Shown here: piece by piece, positions 7,838-18,350 of the stretch | Numbering within the stretch: position 1 is the stretch's first letter | How the letters are laid out: the number at the start of each line of letters is the position of its first letter | Source: Candidatus Eiseniibacteriota bacterium | Lineage (GTDB): Bacteria > Orphanbacterota > Orphanbacteria > Orphanbacterales > Orphanbacteraceae | Reading direction: 5' to 3' | Length of the DNA stretch: 64,000 nucleotides | NCBI GenBank assembly: GCA_016867715.1 | Contig: VGIW01000001.1 | Coordinates: forward strand, 14,141-78,140 | Notes under the pieces: generated by a model | What the model saw: only the letters and a program-made list of their open reading frames with translations | The model's database searches: none | What the model was told of the DNA's origin: nothing | Position numbers and translations under genes: made by a program

Positions 7838-9108
7838 TCGCCGAGACGATCCTCCTCAAGGCGCGCATGGTGAACCCCGATTCGCACGCGCTCGTCTCGG
7901 CGCGCGCGGCGGGCGCGTACCGCGCTTCCGCGAAAGCTCTCGCGGAAGAGCCGGAGGAGATCGTCCGGCTCGTGAAGGACTCGGGTCTTCGCGGGCGGGG
8001 AGGCGCCGGCTTCCCGACCGGGCTCAAGTGGACGTTCCTCCCGAAGAACCGGGACGCGACCTATCTCTGCGTGAACGCCGACGAGAGCGAACCCGGAACG
8101 TTCAAGGATCGGTTGATCCTCGAGAAGGACCCGCACCTACTCATCGAGGGGATCGTGATCGCGTGCCACGCGATTCGATGCGCGCATGCCTACCTCTACA
8201 TCCGCGGCGAGTTCTGTCTTCCGTACGAGAGGATCCGCGCGGCGGCGGCCGAGGCGTACGCGGCCGGTCTTCTCGGTCCGAACGCCGGCGGCTCGGGACA
8301 ACCGATCGACCTCACGATCCACCGCGGCGCGGGAGCGTACATCTGCGGCGAGGAGACCGCGCTCCTCAACTCGATCGAAGGGAAGAAGGGGCAGCCGCGC
8401 ATGAAGCCCCCCTTCCCGACGAACGTCGGTCTCTTTGGAAAGCCGACCGTCATCAACAACGTGGAGACCCTCGCGAACCTTCCGTTCATCGTGGAGAACG
8501 GGCCGGACGCGTACCGCGCGATCGGAACCGAGAAGAGCCCGGGAACGCGGCTCATGAGCGTGTCGGGCCATATCGAGAAGCCCGGCGTGTACGAGGTGGC
8601 GCACGGCGTTCCGATGCGCGGCCTGATCGAGGATCTCGCGGGGGGCGTGCGCGGCGGGCGGAAGCTGAAGGCGCTCATCCCGGGAGGATCCTCGACGCCC
8701 GTCCTCACCGCCGAGGAAGCGTACGCGGTGAACGTCGATTTCGAATCGGTCCAAGCGACCGGCTCGATGCTCGGGTCGGGCGGCTGCATCGTGATGGACG
8801 AGACGACCGACATGGTGTGGGCGCTCGACAAGCTCGCGCATTTCTACGCGCACGAATCGTGCGGCCAGTGCACTCCCTGCCGCGAGGGCTCGGGGTGGAT
8901 CGCGGAGATCGTGCAGAAGATCGCGGCGGGAAACGGAACCCGAAAGGACCTCGAGAAGCTCGAGAGCCTCGCGGCGCAGATCGTCGGCAACACGATCTGC
9001 GTCTTTTCCGACGCGCTCGCGATGCCGGTCGTGAGCCACGTGACGAAGTTCCGCGCGGAGTTCGAGGCGCATCTCGCGGATCGGGCGTCCTCCTCCGCGG
9101 CGCCCTGA
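7834..9108 (+). CDS. nuoF: NADH-quinone oxidoreductase subunit F (51 kDa, FMN/NADH binding)
   Basis: The GTG start overlaps the nuoE stop. Sequence GLRGRGGAGFPTGLKW...YLCVNADESEPGTFKDR...ESCGQCTPCREG. Confidence 0.9.
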   Translation: MIAETILLKARMVNPDSHALVSARAAGAYRASAKALAEEPEEIVRLVKDSGLRGRGGAGFPTGLKWTFLPKNRDATYLCVNADESEPGTFKDRLILEKDPHLLIEGIVIACHAIRCAHAYLYIRGEFCLPYERIRAAAAEAYAAGLLGPNAGGSGQPIDLTIHRGAGAYICGEETALLNSIEGKKGQPRMKPPFPTNVGLFGKPTVINNVETLANLPFIVENGPDAYRAIGTEKSPGTRLMSVSGHIEKPGVYEVAHGVPMRGLIEDLAGGVRGGRKLKALIPGGSSTPVLTAEEAYAVNVDFESVQATGSMLGSGGCIVMDETTDMVWALDKLAHFYAHESCGQCTPCREGSGWIAEIVQKIAAGNGTRKDLEKLESLAAQIVGNTICVFSDALAMPVVSHVTKFRAEFEAHLADRASSSAAP

Positions 9109-9120
9109 TCGAGGAAGGCG

Positions 9121-10632
9121 ATGGCGAAGTTCACGCTGAACGGTGTGGAGCGCGAAGTCCCCGACGGGATCAACCTGATCGAGGCGGCTCTCCTCTTCGG
9201 GGTCCGCATCCCGCACTACTGCTACCATCCGGGTCTATCCCCCGAGGGGAACTGCCGGATGTGCGCGGTGGAGATCGAGGGGATCCCGAAGCTGCAGACC
9301 GCGTGCACGACGCTCGTCGCGGACGGAATGGTCGTCCACACCGAGTCGGAGAAGGTGATCCGCGAGCGGACCGAGGTGATGGAGTTCCTTCTCCGAAACC
9401 ACCCGATCGATTGCCCGATCTGTGATCAAGCGGGGGAATGCGGGCTCCAGAAGTACTACATGGAGCACGGCCTCCATGATTCGCGGGTCGCTGTCGAGGA
9501 GAAGATCCTGAAGCGGAAGCGGGTCGATCTCGGCCCGCTCGTCGTGCTCGACTCGGAGCGCTGCATCCTCTGCTCGCGCTGCGTCCGTTTCTGCGACGAG
9601 ATCGCGGGCGTGCGGGAGCTCGTCCTCGCGAACCGGGGCGGCCGCTCCGAGATCACGACCTTCCCCGGCCGAACGCTCGAGAACCCCTATTCCGGGAACG
9701 TGATCGACATCTGCCCGGTCGGCGCGCTCACCAGCAAGGACTTCCGCTTCAAGGTGCGCGTGTGGTTCCTGAAGACCGCAGGCTCGATCTGCCCCGGATG
9801 CGAGCGCGGCTGCAACATTTACATCGAGCAGTACCAGAACGAAGTGCAGCGGATCCGTCCGCGCGCGAACCTGGACGTGAACCGCTGGTGGATCTGCGAC
9901 GACGGGCGACTCGACTACAAGTGGATCAACCGGGATCGTCTCCTCCGCGCGGAGGGAGAAGCCGGAGCGCATTCTCCGGAGCGGGCGGATGAGGAGGCGG
10001 CGCGGATCCTGAGGGAAGCCGGATCGGTCCTTCTCGTCGCCTCGCCGCGCTCTTCAAATGAGAATCTTTTCGCGCTGAAGCGTTTCCGAGACGCCGCGCT
10101 TCCGCGCGCTGCGCTCGTCGGCGGCTCGTTCCGGAAGCCTTGGGAAGGGGATCGGATCCTGAAGCGCCCCGACCGGAACCCGAACCGGAAGGGGATGGAG
10201 ATTCTCGGCTTGTCGGGCGATCTCGAGGGGGCGCTCCGGAAGGCTCCGGATTGCGTCCTCGTGGTGGAGAACGATCTTCTCGGGGACCGTCCGGATCTCG
10301 CGGACCTTCTCCGCGGGAAGAAGCTCATCGCGCTCGCCTCGAATCGAGATGCGACGGCGGAAAAGGCCGCGCTCCGCATTCCCGTTTGCACCTACGCGGA
10401 GACGGAAGGAAGCTGGACGAACTTCGAGGGGCGGACGCAGGCGTTCCATCCGGTCTTGAAGGCGGTCGGCGAATCGCGGCCGGTCTTCCGCGTTCTCGAA
10501 GGGATCGCGCGCGCTCTCGGAGCGTCTCTCGAGTGGAGCGATTTCGGAGCGCTCCGCGAGGAGACCTTCCAGGCGGCGCCGGCTCTCGGGAGCTTGTCCC
10601 CATCGCCCGGAGGAGGCGCGCATGCTCTCTGA
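9121..10632 (+). CDS. nuoG: NADH-quinone oxidoreductase subunit G (short 75 kDa-type Fe-S subunit)
   Basis: MAKFTLNGVEREVPDGINLIEAA...IPHYCYHPGLSPEGNCRMCAVEIEG...HPIDCPICDQAGECGLQ...CILCSRCVRFC. RBS gaggaagg. 503 aa, the short form. Confidence 0.85.
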   Translation: MAKFTLNGVEREVPDGINLIEAALLFGVRIPHYCYHPGLSPEGNCRMCAVEIEGIPKLQTACTTLVADGMVVHTESEKVIRERTEVMEFLLRNHPIDCPICDQAGECGLQKYYMEHGLHDSRVAVEEKILKRKRVDLGPLVVLDSERCILCSRCVRFCDEIAGVRELVLANRGGRSEITTFPGRTLENPYSGNVIDICPVGALTSKDFRFKVRVWFLKTAGSICPGCERGCNIYIEQYQNEVQRIRPRANLDVNRWWICDDGRLDYKWINRDRLLRAEGEAGAHSPERADEEAARILREAGSVLLVASPRSSNENLFALKRFRDAALPRAALVGGSFRKPWEGDRILKRPDRNPNRKGMEILGLSGDLEGALRKAPDCVLVVENDLLGDRPDLADLLRGKKLIALASNRDATAEKAALRIPVCTYAETEGSWTNFEGRTQAFHPVLKAVGESRPVFRVLEGIARALGASLEWSDFGALREETFQAAPALGSLSPSPGGGAHAL

Positions 10633-11893
10633 TCTCCTTCTCCCCGTTCTCTTCGCGCTCGTCGCCGCGTTTCTTCCGCTCATGTTCGTTCCGCTTCTCG
10701 TCTGGGGCGAGCGGAAGGCGGCCGCCTTCATTCAAGATCGGACCGGCCCGAACCGCGCGGAAGTGCTCGGGATTCGTCTCGGAGGCCTCGTCCATCCGTT
10801 CGCCGACGTGGTGAAGCTCCTCGCGAAGGAGGATTGGACGCCCGCGCGCGTGAACCGTTTCTACTACAATCTGGGTCCGTTCCTCGCCATCTTCATCTCG
10901 ATGCTCCCCTTCGCGATCATCCCGCTCGCGGACAACCTGAGCGTCGGCGGGCGGCTCATCGAGATGCGGGCCGTTACGCTGAATGTCGGGATCCTCTTCG
11001 TGCTCGCAATCACGTCGTTTCACGTATACGCGATCGTTCTCGGCGGATGGGGGGCGAACAACACCTACACGCTGCTCGGCGGGATGCGCTCGGCCGCGCA
11101 GATGGTGAGCTACGAGCTCGCGATGGGGCTCTCGCTCATCGGCGTTCTCATGATCTCGCAGACTCTCGACCTCGGCGAGATCGCCCGCCAACAGGGAGGG
11201 CTTCTCTTCGGTTTCCTCCCGAGGTGGAACGTCTTCCTGCAGCCGCTCGGGTTTCTTCTCTTCTTGATCGCGCTCTTCGCGGAAACGAACCGGAACCCGT
11301 TCGACCTTCCGGAAGGGGAGTCCGAGATCATCGGCTTCCATGTCGAGTACTCGAGCATGCGTTTCGCCTTCTACTTCATGGGCGAGTACGTGGCGATGGT
11401 GGCGGGGAGCGCGGTCGTCGCGACGCTCTACTTCGGCGGCTGGCAGGTGCCGTGGCTCGGGACGGAAACGCTCCGGGCGAACGCGCTCCTCACGGCGCGC
11501 GCGCTCCTTGTGCTCGTCGCTCTCTTCGCCGTGCTCGCGGCCGTTCTCTTCCGCTCGTACGGCCGCCGGCTCAGCGCTCTCTACCGCGATCGCCGGAGCC
11601 GCGAGGCGAAGGTGCTCGGCGCCGCGTCGATCTTCGTCGCGGCCCTCGCTCTCCTGGCGCTCGCGTTTCTTTCGGGGATCCGGCCGCTCGGCGCGCAGAT
11701 CCTCGTCGCGGCGGTCCAGTTTCTGTTCCTCGTCGCGAAGATTCTCGCGTTCGGTTTCTTGTTCATTTGGGTTCGATGGACTCTTCCCCGATTCCGCTAC
11801 GACCAATTGATGGGACTCGGCTGGAAGAGCCTCGTCCCGCTCGGACTCTTGAACATCGCGGTGACCGGGCTCGTGTTGCTCGGCATCGATTGA
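10622..11893 (+). CDS. nuoH: NADH-quinone oxidoreductase subunit H (membrane, ND1)
   Basis: ...GERKAAAFIQDRTGPNR...FADVVKLLAKED...GWGANNTY...GGMRSAAQMVSYEL...ETNRNPFDLPEGESE. It overlaps nuoG by 11 nt. Confidence 0.9.
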   Translation: MLSDLLLPVLFALVAAFLPLMFVPLLVWGERKAAAFIQDRTGPNRAEVLGIRLGGLVHPFADVVKLLAKEDWTPARVNRFYYNLGPFLAIFISMLPFAIIPLADNLSVGGRLIEMRAVTLNVGILFVLAITSFHVYAIVLGGWGANNTYTLLGGMRSAAQMVSYELAMGLSLIGVLMISQTLDLGEIARQQGGLLFGFLPRWNVFLQPLGFLLFLIALFAETNRNPFDLPEGESEIIGFHVEYSSMRFAFYFMGEYVAMVAGSAVVATLYFGGWQVPWLGTETLRANALLTARALLVLVALFAVLAAVLFRSYGRRLSALYRDRRSREAKVLGAASIFVAALALLALAFLSGIRPLGAQILVAAVQFLFLVAKILAFGFLFIWVRWTLPRFRYDQLMGLGWKSLVPLGLLNIAVTGLVLLGID

Positions 11894-11900
11894 GGGGCTC

Positions 11901-12374
11901 ATGCCGGGGATCCGCACCGTCGGCCGTCCGATGAACATCAAGGAGAAGTGGTATCTCTTCGAGATCGCGAAGGGGATGGCGGTGTCGATCCGCCACCTCG
12001 TCTCCAACATCCTCCACCAGGAACGGATGCCGACCCTTCAGTACCCGGAAGAGAAGCGGGTGCTGCCGGAGCGTTTCCGCGGGAGGCACCGCCTGACGAA
12101 GAGAGACGACGGAACGCCGAAGTGCGTCGCCTGCTATTGCTGCCAGACCGCGTGCCCCGCCGACTGCATCAGCATCGAGGCGGGGGAGAGAGGGGACGCG
12201 GCGGAGAAGGTCGCCGTGCGGTTTGACATCAACATCCTCCGTTGCGTATTCTGCGGTCTCTGCGTGGAGGCGTGCCCGGTCGACGCGATCCGGATGGACA
12301 CGGGGAAATACGAGCTTACTTCCGATTCGCGGAAGAAGCTGATCTACGATATCGATACGCTCTTGAACGACTAG
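11901..12374 (+). CDS. nuoI: NADH-quinone oxidoreductase subunit I (2x 4Fe-4S ferredoxin)
   Basis: Two CxxCxxCxxxCP motifs (CVACYCCQTACPADC and CVFCGLCVEACPVDA). Confidence 0.9.
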   Translation: MPGIRTVGRPMNIKEKWYLFEIAKGMAVSIRHLVSNILHQERMPTLQYPEEKRVLPERFRGRHRLTKRDDGTPKCVACYCCQTACPADCISIEAGERGDAAEKVAVRFDINILRCVFCGLCVEACPVDAIRMDTGKYELTSDSRKKLIYDIDTLLND

Positions 12375-12380
12375 GGAGCC

Positions 12381-12878
12381 ATGCAGACGATCGCCTTTTG
12401 GGTTTTCTCGTTCCTCGCCGTCGCCGGAGCGGTGTTGACCGTGACGCGCAAGAACCCGCTCTCGTCGGCGTTCTCCCTCGTCGTTTCGCTCGTCGCGGTG
12501 GCGGGTCTCTTCGCCACGCTCTCGGCCCATTTCCTCTTCGCCGTCCAGCTCCTCGTCTACGCGGGGGCGGTGATGGTGCTCGTGATCTACGTGATCATGA
12601 TTCTGAACCTGCGGGAGAGAGACATGCGGGTTCTCGGGCTCTCGCGGCCGCGCGCGGTGCTCGCCTCGCTCGCCTCTCTCGCGGTGCTTCTCGTTCTGGC
12701 GCGCGTTCTCGCGACGCGGGGCCGAATCTCGTTCCCCGCGGACGCGGAGGGGCTCGGATCGCTCGATGGGATGGCCACGGCCCTCTTCACGCGCTATCTC
12801 CTCCCGTTCGAGGTCGTTTCGGTTCTCCTTCTCGCGGCGATGGTGGGCGCGGTCGTGCTCGCGATGAGGAAGTTCTGA
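12381..12878 (+). CDS. nuoJ: NADH-quinone oxidoreductase subunit J
   Basis: Hydrophobic 165-aa protein, ...LLVYAGAVMVLVIYVIMIL..., at the operon position of ND6. Confidence 0.8.
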   Translation: MQTIAFWVFSFLAVAGAVLTVTRKNPLSSAFSLVVSLVAVAGLFATLSAHFLFAVQLLVYAGAVMVLVIYVIMILNLRERDMRVLGLSRPRAVLASLASLAVLLVLARVLATRGRISFPADAEGLGSLDGMATALFTRYLLPFEVVSVLLLAAMVGAVVLAMRKF

Positions 12879-13180
12879 TGGCGCCGGAAACCCACTACCT
12901 GATGGTGAGCCTCGTCCTCTTCCTCGTCGGGTGCGTCGGCGTGCTCGCGCGGAGGAACCTTCTCGTTGTCCTTATGGGGATCGAGCTGATGCTGAACGCG
13001 GCGAACCTGGCGTTCGCGGCGTTTTCCCGCTCGAGGCTCCTCGTCGACGGGGAGATCGTTGTGTTTTTCGTGATCGCGGTAGCCGCGGCCGAGGCGGCCG
13101 TCGGTCTTGCGATCGTCGTGGCCCTCTACCGGAAGAAGGAGACGGTGAACCTCGACCGGTTCAACGTACTTCATCAATAA
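12878..13180 (+). CDS. nuoK: NADH-quinone oxidoreductase subunit K
   Basis: The ATG start overlaps the nuoJ stop (TGATG). 100 aa. ...LMGIELMLNAANLAFAAFS...AAAEAAVGLAIVVALYR, the ND4L signature. Confidence 0.9.
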   Translation: MAPETHYLMVSLVLFLVGCVGVLARRNLLVVLMGIELMLNAANLAFAAFSRSRLLVDGEIVVFFVIAVAAAEAAVGLAIVVALYRKKETVNLDRFNVLHQ

Positions 13181-13192
13181 AGGGTGTGAGGC

Positions 13193-15154
13193 GTGGAAGG
13201 CGCGCTTCTCTGGATCTTGATTTTCCCGCTGATCGGGTTCGCGGTGAACGGGCTCGCCGCCGCCGCTGCCGCGCGCCTCCGCCGGGAGCTCCCGCTCCGC
13301 TTCACCGCCTTCGTCGCGTGCGCGGGGCCGACCCTCTCTTTCCTTCTCGCCCTCGATCTCTTCCGGAGGTTCCTCGGCGAGGAGCCGGAGCACCGGCTTC
13401 TCGTTCAAGAGGTCTTCCGTTGGATCGGGAGCGGAGACCTCTCCGTGCATCTTCGCCTCCTCGCGGATCCGCTCTCCCTCGCGATGGTCCTCGTGGTGGC
13501 CGGCGTGGGGGGCGTCATCCATTTCTATTCGGCCGGTTACATGGCGCACGACAAAGGACACGCGCGCTACTTCGCCTTCTTGAACCTGTTCCTCTTCTTC
13601 ATGCTTCTTCTCGTGCTCGGCGATTCGCTCCTCACGCTCTTCGTCGGGTGGGAAGGGGTCGGTCTCTGCTCGTATCTCCTCATTGGTTTCTGGTTCGAGG
13701 ACACGGAGAAGGCGCGCGCGGGGAAGAAGGCGTTCATCGTGAACCGGATCGGGGATTTCGGGTTCCTTCTCGGGATGCTCCTTCTCGCCTCCTCGCTCGC
13801 GCGCTTGGGCGGGGGCGCGACCCTCGCGATCGGAGAGATCGCCGCGCGCGTGCACGAGCTTCCGCGAGGCGTGATCGAGGGCGCCGCCCTTCTCCTCTTC
13901 ATCGGGGCGACCGGCAAGTCGGCGCAGATCCCGCTCTACATCTGGCTCCCCGACGCGATGGCCGGTCCGACTCCGGTCTCGGCTCTCATCCACGCGGCCA
14001 CGATGGTGACGGCGGGCGTCTACATGATCGCGCGGATGTCGTTCCTCTACGAGCTCGCGCCCGCCGCCTCCGCGGTCGTTCTCCTCGTCGGAGCGGCGAC
14101 CGCGCTCTTCGCGGCGACGATCGCCGTCACGCAGACCGACATCAAGAAGGTGCTCGCCTACTCGACGGTGAGCCAGCTCGGATACATGATGATCGGCGTG
14201 GGGGCAGGCGCGTTCGCGGCTGGGATCTTCCACGTCTTCACGCACGCGTTCTTCAAGGCGTGTCTCTTCCTCGGGGCGGGATCGGTGATCCACGCGGTGA
14301 GCGGGGAGCAGGACATTCGGAAGATGGGCGGTCTCTTCCGAAAGATGCCGCGGACCGGATGGACGTTCCTCATCGCGACGGCGGCGATCGCGGGCTTCCC
14401 GCCTCTCTCCGGTTTCTTCTCGAAGGACGAGATCCTCTTCCGCGCGTTTTCCGGAACGAGCGCCGCGCTCTCTTGGGCGCCGAAAGCGGCGTGGGTTCTC
14501 GGGACCCTCGCCGCGGTGCTTACCGCCTTCTACATGTTCCGCCTCTTCTTCCTCGTCTTCGCGGGAGGAGAAGGAGAGAAGACGCGCGGGGCGCACGAGT
14601 CGCCTCCTCTCTTCACCGTGCCGCTCGTGATCCTCGCGGCGGGGGCCGCCCTCGCCGGGTTCCTCGGCGTGCCGGCCGCGCTCGGCGGCGGAAACCGGTT
14701 CGAGCACTGGCTCGCGCCGGTTTTCGAGAGCGCGCATCACGGGAAGGGCTACGCGTCCGCGCACGCGTCCCACGGGACCGAGCTCGTCCTCATGGCGCTC
14801 GCGGTTGCGATCGCGGTCTTCGGGACCTCGGCGGCTCACGCCTTCTACGTGCGGAACCAAGAACTTCCTGCGCGCCTCGCCGGGCGGTTCCCGGCCGTCT
14901 ATCGGACGGTCCGCGACAAGTTCTACGTGGACGAAATCTACTACGTGCTCGTCGTTCATCCGATTCATGTCGTGTCGCGGAGGGTTCTCTTCCGAATCGT
15001 TGACGTGCGAATCGTGGACGGCCTCGTGAACCTCGCGGGGCATCTCGCGCGCGGATTCAGCTACATGCTCCGCTTCGCCCAATCGGGACACGCGCAGACC
15101 TACGCGTTCGTGCTTCTCGCGGCGCTCGCGGTGCTTCTCTGGAAGGTGTTGTAA
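13193..15154 (+). CDS. nuoL: NADH-quinone oxidoreductase subunit L (antiporter-like, ND5)
   Basis: 653 aa, GTG start. ...[31 protein letters not shown]... and a long C-terminal helix region. Confidence 0.9.
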   Translation: [653 protein letters not shown]

Positions 15155-15163
15155 GGGGAGACG

Positions 15164-16714
15164 ATGGGAGGCATCTTGACGGCGCTGATCTTCCTCCCGC
15201 TCGCGGGGATGCTCCTTCTCGCGTTCGTGCCCGGCTCGAACACGCGCGCGGTGCGCCTCGTCACGCTTCTCGTCACCGTGCTTCTCTTCCTTGTCTCCCT
15301 TCCGCTCGCGTGGGAGTTCGAGGGGACCGGCGGGATGGAGTTCGAGGAGAGAGCCCCCTGGGTTCCCGCGTTCGGGATCTCCTATCACGTCGGGATCGAC
15401 GGGATCTCTCTCTTTCTTCTCCTTCTCACGACGTTCCTCGCCCCGCTCGTCTATCTCTCGGCGTGGAACGCGATCACGAGCCGCGTGAAGGAGTTCGCGC
15501 TCTTCTATCTTCTTCTTCACACCGGAATGATCGGGGCGTTCGTCGCGCTCGACCTCTTCCTCTTCTACGTGTTCTGGGAGCTGATGCTCGTCCCGATGGC
15601 GTTTCTCATCGGCGTGTGGGGAGGGGAGAGGAGGATCTACGCGGCCGTCAAGTTCGTCCTCTACACGGTGGTTGGGTCGCTTCTCATGCTCGCGGCGCTT
15701 CTCGTTCTCGCGCGCCACGCGGCGGAGGCGAGCGGGCATCTTTCATTCGATTGGGCGGACCTCGTGGGAACGCCGGTGCCGCGGACGCTCCAGATGCTCC
15801 TCTTCGGCGCGTTCGCGCTCTCGTTCGCGATCAAGGTGCCCCTCTTCCCGTTCCACACGTGGCTTCCGGACGCGCACGTGGAGGCTCCGACGGCGGGGAG
15901 CGCGATCCTCGCCGGGATCCTCCTCAAGATGGGGACGTACGGCTTCCTCCGCTACGCGATGCCTCTCTTCCCCGAGGCGGCTCAGGCGGCGGCGCCTCTC
16001 CTCGCTTTTCTCGCGCTCGTCGGGATCGTCTATGGAGCGCTCGTCGCGATGGTGCAAGACGACGTGAAGAAGCTCGTCGCGTATTCATCGGTAAGCCATC
16101 TCGGGTTCGTCGTTCTCGGGCTCTTCGCGTTCAACACGAGCGGGATTCAAGGGGCGATCTACGTGATGCTCGCGCACGGGCTCTCCACCTCCGCGCTCTT
16201 CCTTCTCGTGGGCGTGATCTATGAGAGGCGGCACACGCGGCTCATCTCCGAATACGGCGGGCTCGCGAGGCCGATGCCTCTCTTCGCGGCGGTCTTTCTC
16301 GTCACGACGCTCGCCTCGATCGGTCTCCCCGCTCTATGCGGTTTCGTCGGCGAGTTTCTCGTGCTCTTCGGGACCTTCCGCGTTCATCCGGGCCAGGCGG
16401 CGATCGCCGCGACCGGCGTTGTGCTCGGCGCGGTCTACATGCTCTGGATGGTCCGCCGCGTCTTCTTCGGCCCGATCACCTCGGACGCGAACCGAAACCT
16501 TCGCGATCTTTCCATTCGCGAGCTCGTGGTGATCGTGCCCCTTCTGGCGGGAATGGTGGCGCTCGGCGTGCACCCGGCGCCGCTTCTCGATCGAATGGAG
16601 GGGGCGGTGGAGCGCCATATCGAGATGATGCGAGGGGAGGCGCGGGCGGAGGCCGAAACGCCCGAGGTTCGGCTCGTCGCCGAGGCGATCGATTCGGCGG
16701 AGGAGACGCCATGA
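15164..16714 (+). CDS. nuoM: NADH-quinone oxidoreductase subunit M (ND4)
   Basis: 516 aa. ...FHTWLPDAHVEAPTAGSAILAGILLKMGTYGFLRY.... Confidence 0.9.
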   Translation: MGGILTALIFLPLAGMLLLAFVPGSNTRAVRLVTLLVTVLLFLVSLPLAWEFEGTGGMEFEERAPWVPAFGISYHVGIDGISLFLLLLTTFLAPLVYLSAWNAITSRVKEFALFYLLLHTGMIGAFVALDLFLFYVFWELMLVPMAFLIGVWGGERRIYAAVKFVLYTVVGSLLMLAALLVLARHAAEASGHLSFDWADLVGTPVPRTLQMLLFGAFALSFAIKVPLFPFHTWLPDAHVEAPTAGSAILAGILLKMGTYGFLRYAMPLFPEAAQAAAPLLAFLALVGIVYGALVAMVQDDVKKLVAYSSVSHLGFVVLGLFAFNTSGIQGAIYVMLAHGLSTSALFLLVGVIYERRHTRLISEYGGLARPMPLFAAVFLVTTLASIGLPALCGFVGEFLVLFGTFRVHPGQAAIAATGVVLGAVYMLWMVRRVFFGPITSDANRNLRDLSIRELVVIVPLLAGMVALGVHPAPLLDRMEGAVERHIEMMRGEARAEAETPEVRLVAEAIDSAEETP

Positions 16715-18189
16715 GCCCGCCTCTCTTCGGCCCCGACATCCTTCGCGCGCTCCTTCCGTTCATCGTGATCGCCGTGGGCGCGACGCTCACCACGCTCCTC
16801 GGCGCATGGAGAACGCGTCTCGGACTCGCCGCGGCTGTCGCGGTCCTCGCGGTCGCGGTCCTCGCGCTCCGAGGCGCGCCCGACTCGGTCCGGGCATGGG
16901 AGGGGGCCCTCGTCCTCGACCGGTTCGCGCTCGTCTTCATGGTCCTTCTCCTCGGCGCCGCGTTCTTCACCCTCTTCCTCTCCGAGCCGGTTCTCCGGCG
17001 GGAAGGGCGCGTGCGCGCCGAGTACTACGGGCTCCTCCTCTTCTCGCTCTCCGGAATGTTCCTTCTTGTCTCAACGACCAATCTCCTTATGATCTTCCTC
17101 GCGCTCGAGCTCCTCTCGATCCCGCTCTATGTTCTTTGCGGCTACGCGCGGGAGGATGACCGCTCGATCGAGGCGGCGATGAAGTACTTCGTGCTCGGCT
17201 CGTTCTCGTCCGCGATCTTCCTCTTCGGAGCGGCGCTCCTCTTCGGGGCGACGGGGACGATCGACCTCGCCGCGATGCACGGCGGAGATCGGCTTCTCGG
17301 CGCCTCCGGCGTCCTTCTCCTTCTCGTCGGTTTCTTCTTCAAGGCGGCGGCGGTTCCGTTCCACATGTGGGCGCCGGATGTGTACGACGGGGCCCCGACC
17401 CCGATCGCCTCGTTCATGGCCACCGCCGTGAAGATCGCGACCTTCGGCCTCCTTCTTCGGGTCCTCTCGTTCGCGTTCGCCGCGGAAGCCCATCCCGCAG
17501 CCGCGTTTCTCGGGCGCGAGGCGGCCGAACCCGCCCTCCGATGGATCGCGATCCTCACGATGACGGTGGGGAACCTCTCCGCGCTCACGCAGAACAACGT
17601 GAAGCGGATGCTCGCCTATTCGTCGATCGCCCACGCCGGGTATCTTCTCCTCGGGCTGATCCCCGGGAGCGGAGCGGTGGACTGCGCGGGGGTGATGTAC
17701 TATCTCCTCGCGTATCTCTTCATGACGAGCGGCGCGTTCGCGGTCGTCGCCGCTCTCTCCGCGCGCGAGGGAGGGCGCGAGGTCCTCACCCTGGACCGCT
17801 ACGCGGGGGTCGGATACCGGAGGCCGTTCCTCGGCCTCGCGATGACGGTCTTTCTCGTTTCCCTCGCCGGGATCCCGCCGACCGCCGGCTTCTTCGGCAA
17901 GTACCTTCTCTTCCGCGGGGCGATCGAGAGGGGGCTCACGGGGCTCGTCGTCATCGCGGTCCTGAACAGCGCGCTTTCGCTTTACTATTACCTTCGCGTC
18001 GTCGTCTATTTCTACATGAAGGAAACGGACCGCCCGGCGGCGGTCGACGGCGCGCTCGGGCTGCGCCTTGCGATGATCGCCGCTCTCGCCGGGGTTCTCT
18101 GGATCGGCTTCATGCCGGATCTCTTCGGCCTTCCCGGGATTCCCTCGCTCCTCGGGTGGGTGCAGGCGTCCGCTTCCTCGCTCCCCTGA
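16711..18189 (+). CDS. nuoN: NADH-quinone oxidoreductase subunit N (ND2)
   Basis: The ATG start overlaps the nuoM stop (ATGA). ...FLALELLSIPLYVLCG...VPFHMWAPDVYDGAPTPIASF.... Confidence 0.9.
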   Translation: MSPPLFGPDILRALLPFIVIAVGATLTTLLGAWRTRLGLAAAVAVLAVAVLALRGAPDSVRAWEGALVLDRFALVFMVLLLGAAFFTLFLSEPVLRREGRVRAEYYGLLLFSLSGMFLLVSTTNLLMIFLALELLSIPLYVLCGYAREDDRSIEAAMKYFVLGSFSSAIFLFGAALLFGATGTIDLAAMHGGDRLLGASGVLLLLVGFFFKAAAVPFHMWAPDVYDGAPTPIASFMATAVKIATFGLLLRVLSFAFAAEAHPAAAFLGREAAEPALRWIAILTMTVGNLSALTQNNVKRMLAYSSIAHAGYLLLGLIPGSGAVDCAGVMYYLLAYLFMTSGAFAVVAALSAREGGREVLTLDRYAGVGYRRPFLGLAMTVFLVSLAGIPPTAGFFGKYLLFRGAIERGLTGLVVIAVLNSALSLYYYLRVVVYFYMKETDRPAAVDGALGLRLAMIAALAGVLWIGFMPDLFGLPGIPSLLGWVQASASSLP

Positions 18190-18350
18190 CCGCCGCCGCG
18201 GGTCGCGGCTTGCTTCCCGTCAATCGGCGCATCAAGATCGATCCCAAGCGGATGAGGTTGGGGAGCGGCAAGCCCACCGCGACCGAGGAGTCGACCTGGG
18301 GGAACATCAAGTCGATGTTCCGGTAGGGTTCTTTCGTCTGCCGACAGCGA

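Noticed and set aside
10325-12010. 561-aa minus-strand ORF
   Set aside because: It is antisense to nuoG, nuoH and nuoI, and is an R/E-rich low-complexity sequence.
12794-15739. 981-aa minus-strand ORF
   Set aside because: It is antisense to nuoL and nuoM, and its product is a low-complexity R/E/D/P/G/H-rich sequence. This is a typical high-GC antisense artefact.
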